The position numbers and the translations under genes were made by a program. Shown in pieces: positions 61,131-64,000 of a stretch of 64,000 nt of DNA. The DNA is from Vicugna vicugna (Eukaryota), in NCBI GenBank assembly GCA_013265495.1, contig MU062951.1, positions 310,001 through 374,000 of the forward strand. Direction: 5' to 3'. The notes under the pieces were generated by a model. It was given only the letters and a program-made list of their open reading frames with translations, searched no databases and had not been told where the DNA came from. How positions within the stretch are numbered: position 1 is the first letter of the stretch; each line of letters begins with the position of its first letter.

Positions 61131-62577
61131 CGGGAGCAATTGCAGTGCTCTTGCTGGATGCCGGAGGGGCCTGGGGACAACCCCAGCACCAGGCGGGGAC
61201 AGGCAGACATGCCGGGGAGCCTGTGCCACTCTCGATGGCTGCTCTGGGCTAGGAAGGAGGGCACAGGATGGGAGATGTGGGGGACACGGAGCGGAGAACT
61301 GCAGGCCAGCACAGAGGTGCCCCAAAGCCCAAGGGCACGTGGCCGCCTGCCAGGCCTCCACCTGGTGACCTGGGAAGACTGCTGAATGGCTGGGCTGAGG
61401 CCTTTTCCCCCGACGCTAAGCCAGCCTTGAGTAATGGAGCGGAGGCTCCGGCTCCAGCCAGTCTGGGCCCATGGTCTTCAGATCTGTGTGAAGGGTGCCT
61501 GAATCATCTCTCCAGCTTCCCTCCTCACTGACCCAGGGGCCAGGTATCATCTGAACCTCCTCATCTGAACCCCTGGCGGGCTTGTACCTTCCCCTCCCCT
61601 AATTTCCCTTTAGAACCCACGGATATCACACTGCAGTGCCTTCCGGCATGTGGGGGGCGGGCCGGAGCTCCACCTGAACCCAGGCCCGGGACACTGTCCT
61701 CGGCCTGATGCCCTGCCCTGGATGCCACCGGACGACAGGGACAGAGTCCTCGGGGCCCAGGCTCCCCACGTCCCTGGAGCTTCTCCCCTGTCCCAACCAC
61801 GCCCCACAGGCTCAGGGTCCGGGGTCCACTGAACCAGGCGCAGAAGGGGCCGCCCACACACTCCCTCTAGAAGACGAGGCTTCGCAGAGACCTGCTTTGG
61901 GATGTCAGCCGTCTCCCTGGGGTCTGCCCCTTTCCCTAGACTGCCAGCTGGGCAGAGATAAGGCCTGGGAGTTCAAAGGCCAGAGCGGGAGGCAGCAGGG
62001 AGGGGCAGGGCCCAGCCCTAGAGCTCAGAGCCTGGCTGGCCCCACTCCTGTCCTTGGAGCCCAGGGGCCACTCACCCGGCACCAGCTGGTGGGCCGGGAG
62101 GTGCACACAGATGGCCCAGGCTCCAGGTGGAGGGCTTTGGCCATTTCCCAGGGAATCTCCCCTGGAGGGTTTGCAGGGGGAGCCTGGCCAGCACCTAACC
62201 GAGATTGCCTCGGATTCCAGTGCATTCCAACATGGACCACAGCCCAGGAGGGGAGGGCCCCACCCCCAAGGAGGGCCTTGAGGCTCTGGGAGTGTTTAAG
62301 CTGCTGGAGCCAGGAGGCCCTGCAGGGAAGGCTGCTGGCGGGAGTGGAGTTGGGGCCTTGTGGTGGTTTCCACAAATCTCCACCCCAGGCCCCCCTGGCT
62401 TGGGGGCAGCCCCTGGAGAGAGGGCCATGGGGAGCAGCACCCAGATGAACTGAGTCTCCCTCAAATCGAGTTCCTCTGCCAAGTTTATGCTGAGCCTCTC
62501 CATCCTCAACATTATTCCTTGTCTTGTCCCATACCTGTGCTGCTCAAGACAGAGGAGTGTCAGAGAAAGGAGGGGAC

Positions 62578-63054
62578 TGAAACTGAGCAGGACCCCCTGG
62601 GGCCCTCCTGAGTACAAATCCTTTCCAGTCCCTGCATTTGTTTGTAGTAAATAGGCTTTATTCAGCCTCTTAAGAACTTCTGCGACTTCTAAGGGCAGAT
62701 TCAAACAGTTGCTAATCAGGAAAGTAAGGAATGCAGAAACCAAAGGAGGAGCGTTCAAGAAGCGCAGCCTTAGGGCAGGGTCCCCCGTTCCAGGAACTGA
62801 GGCCCCCATCCAGGTGGAGGATGGTACCTTTAGGCTGAGCACAAAGTCCTCAAGCCCTGCCCTGTTGACTCCCATTTACCCACCCTGCAGCCCTCACCCA
62901 AATTCTGCCTATTAAAAACTCCCCCAAAACCGCCAGGGAGGGGACTTCAGCGTTTTTGAGCACTAGCCGCCTGTTCTCCTTTGCTCGGCCCTGCAATGTT
63001 TCGGTCTCTTTGGCCTCATGGTGCATCAGACACACAAACTCCTGTCCAGTAACA
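62578..63054 (+). mobile_element. Solo ERV1-type LTR (about 477 bp) about 300 bp upstream of the SLC39A4 ATG
   Basis: Starts TGAAACTGAGCAGGACC, ends CCAGTAACA; flanks GGAC/AGAC (4-bp TSD with one mismatch); TATA-like TATTAAAAA at 62910-62918. Confidence 0.65.
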
Positions 63055-63352
63055 AGACCCTTGGGGGAGCAGAGGGGCGGCCCTGTCCCACAGTCCTGGA
63101 GGGCCGCCCCATCCAGAAGGGGCCCAGCTATCGCCCCCCAGGACAGCAGCTCCACACTCTAGGGAGGACCTGCCGCTGGAATGGTTAACCCACAACGACT
63201 CTGGCAGCCAATCACAGAGCCCTGCGGGAAATGCCTGCGGAGATCCTCGTGCCGGGGCCGGGCGGGTCCCAGCCCAGCCCAGCCCCAGTCCGGCACCAGG
63301 CAGCCCTGGTGCACACAGCCACCCCAAAGCAGGAGGACTCAGGGGCTGCAGC

Positions 63353-63544
63353 ATGGCTGTCTGGGCCCGGCTGGAGCTGGGGCTGCTGCTGGCAGTGCTG
63401 GTGGTGTCCGTGACGGCAGTCCAGCCCGCCCGTCTGCTGACCTTGCTGTCCTCAGGCCAGGGTGCTCTGGACCGTGTGGCACTGGGCAGCCTGTTAAATA
63501 CACTGGCGGCCCGTGTGCACTGCACCGACGGGCCGTGTGGAAAG
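63353..63544 (+). CDS. SLC39A4: Zinc transporter ZIP4, coding exon 1 only (signal peptide and start of ectodomain); gene continues beyond the window
   Basis: [64 protein letters not shown] followed by donor AAG|GTAATG. Kozak gcagcATGG. This frame is absent from the supplied ORF track because it has no stop before the window ends. Confidence 0.93.
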
Positions 63545-64000
63545 GTAATGGCCCCACCCGATGGGTCCCCCAGCCCCAGCCCGCCGCTCCACCCCGAGGA
63601 CTGGCAGCAAAGGGCCCTGGGCAAACTCCAGGAGGCGGGCCGAGCATGGTGGCCCAGCACCCTGGCCCTGCCTGCAGGCTGGAGCCCAGCCTCCTCCGCT
63701 CCATGTTCAGACCCACCTGTTCTCCCTGGGTGGGGGGGTGAGACTGGGGACACACGGCTCCAGGATCCCAGGGCTGCGTCCCCCATCCCCACGCCGTCAG
63801 TCCCCTGGCTATCAAATTGGCAGAGTCTCCAGGAAGAAACCACCCTGGGATGGTGGGACCCCTGCCCCGGACCCCTCCGCGTGTGCACTCCTGACCCTAG
63901 GTGGGGACTGGCGAGGGGAACAAGAGAGCAGATGATGGGGAGGTGCGAGTGTGCGAGATGGAAGGGATGGCGGTCCACGTGTGGGGCCCCTCAGGGAAGG

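Noticed and set aside
62195-62875. 226-aa minus-strand ORF
   Set aside because: Crosses the LTR boundary into unique DNA; no gag, pol or env motifs.
63016-63978. 320-aa minus-strand ORF
   Set aside because: Antisense shadow of SLC39A4 exon 1/intron 1; low complexity, no domain.

Overview
Mammalian (placental) genomic DNA, GC-rich and intron-dense. Gene order matches human 8q24.3 read in reverse: 5' non-coding end of PPP1R16A (-, inferred from synteny), FOXH1 (+), KIFC2 (-), TMEM276 (+), ZFTRAF1/CYHR1 (+), TONSL (+), VPS28 (+) and the first coding exon of SLC39A4/ZIP4 (+). I walked the exon structures by hand through the splice sites. All six complete genes give intact reading frames: FOXH1 360 aa, KIFC2 783 aa, TMEM276 192 aa, ZFTRAF1 about 392 aa across a 64-N gap, TONSL 1372 aa, VPS28 221 aa. 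Most entries in the ORF track are GC-rich shadow ORFs. Repeats are mainly ancient (L1M, L2, MIR, MER58, MLT1), plus a better-preserved solo ERV-type LTR just upstream of SLC39A4. I recognised no Alu, B1/B2 or other young SINE. There are no prokaryote-type systems (CRISPR, rRNA, tRNA). The best leads are: (1) a spliced upstream ORF in the PPP1R16A leader that could encode a membrane microprotein; (2) an isoform switchboard at TMEM276/ZFTRAF1, a SIAH-like RING/zinc-finger protein, comprising a read-through fusion, an unannotated-looking 85-nt stop-containing cassette exon and an alternative last exon; (3) the sense-oriented LTR at the ZIP4 promoter; (4) face-to-face FOXH1/KIFC2 poly(A) signals. 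Gene identities and repeat families come from my recall of the sequences, not from database searches, and repeat boundaries are approximate.
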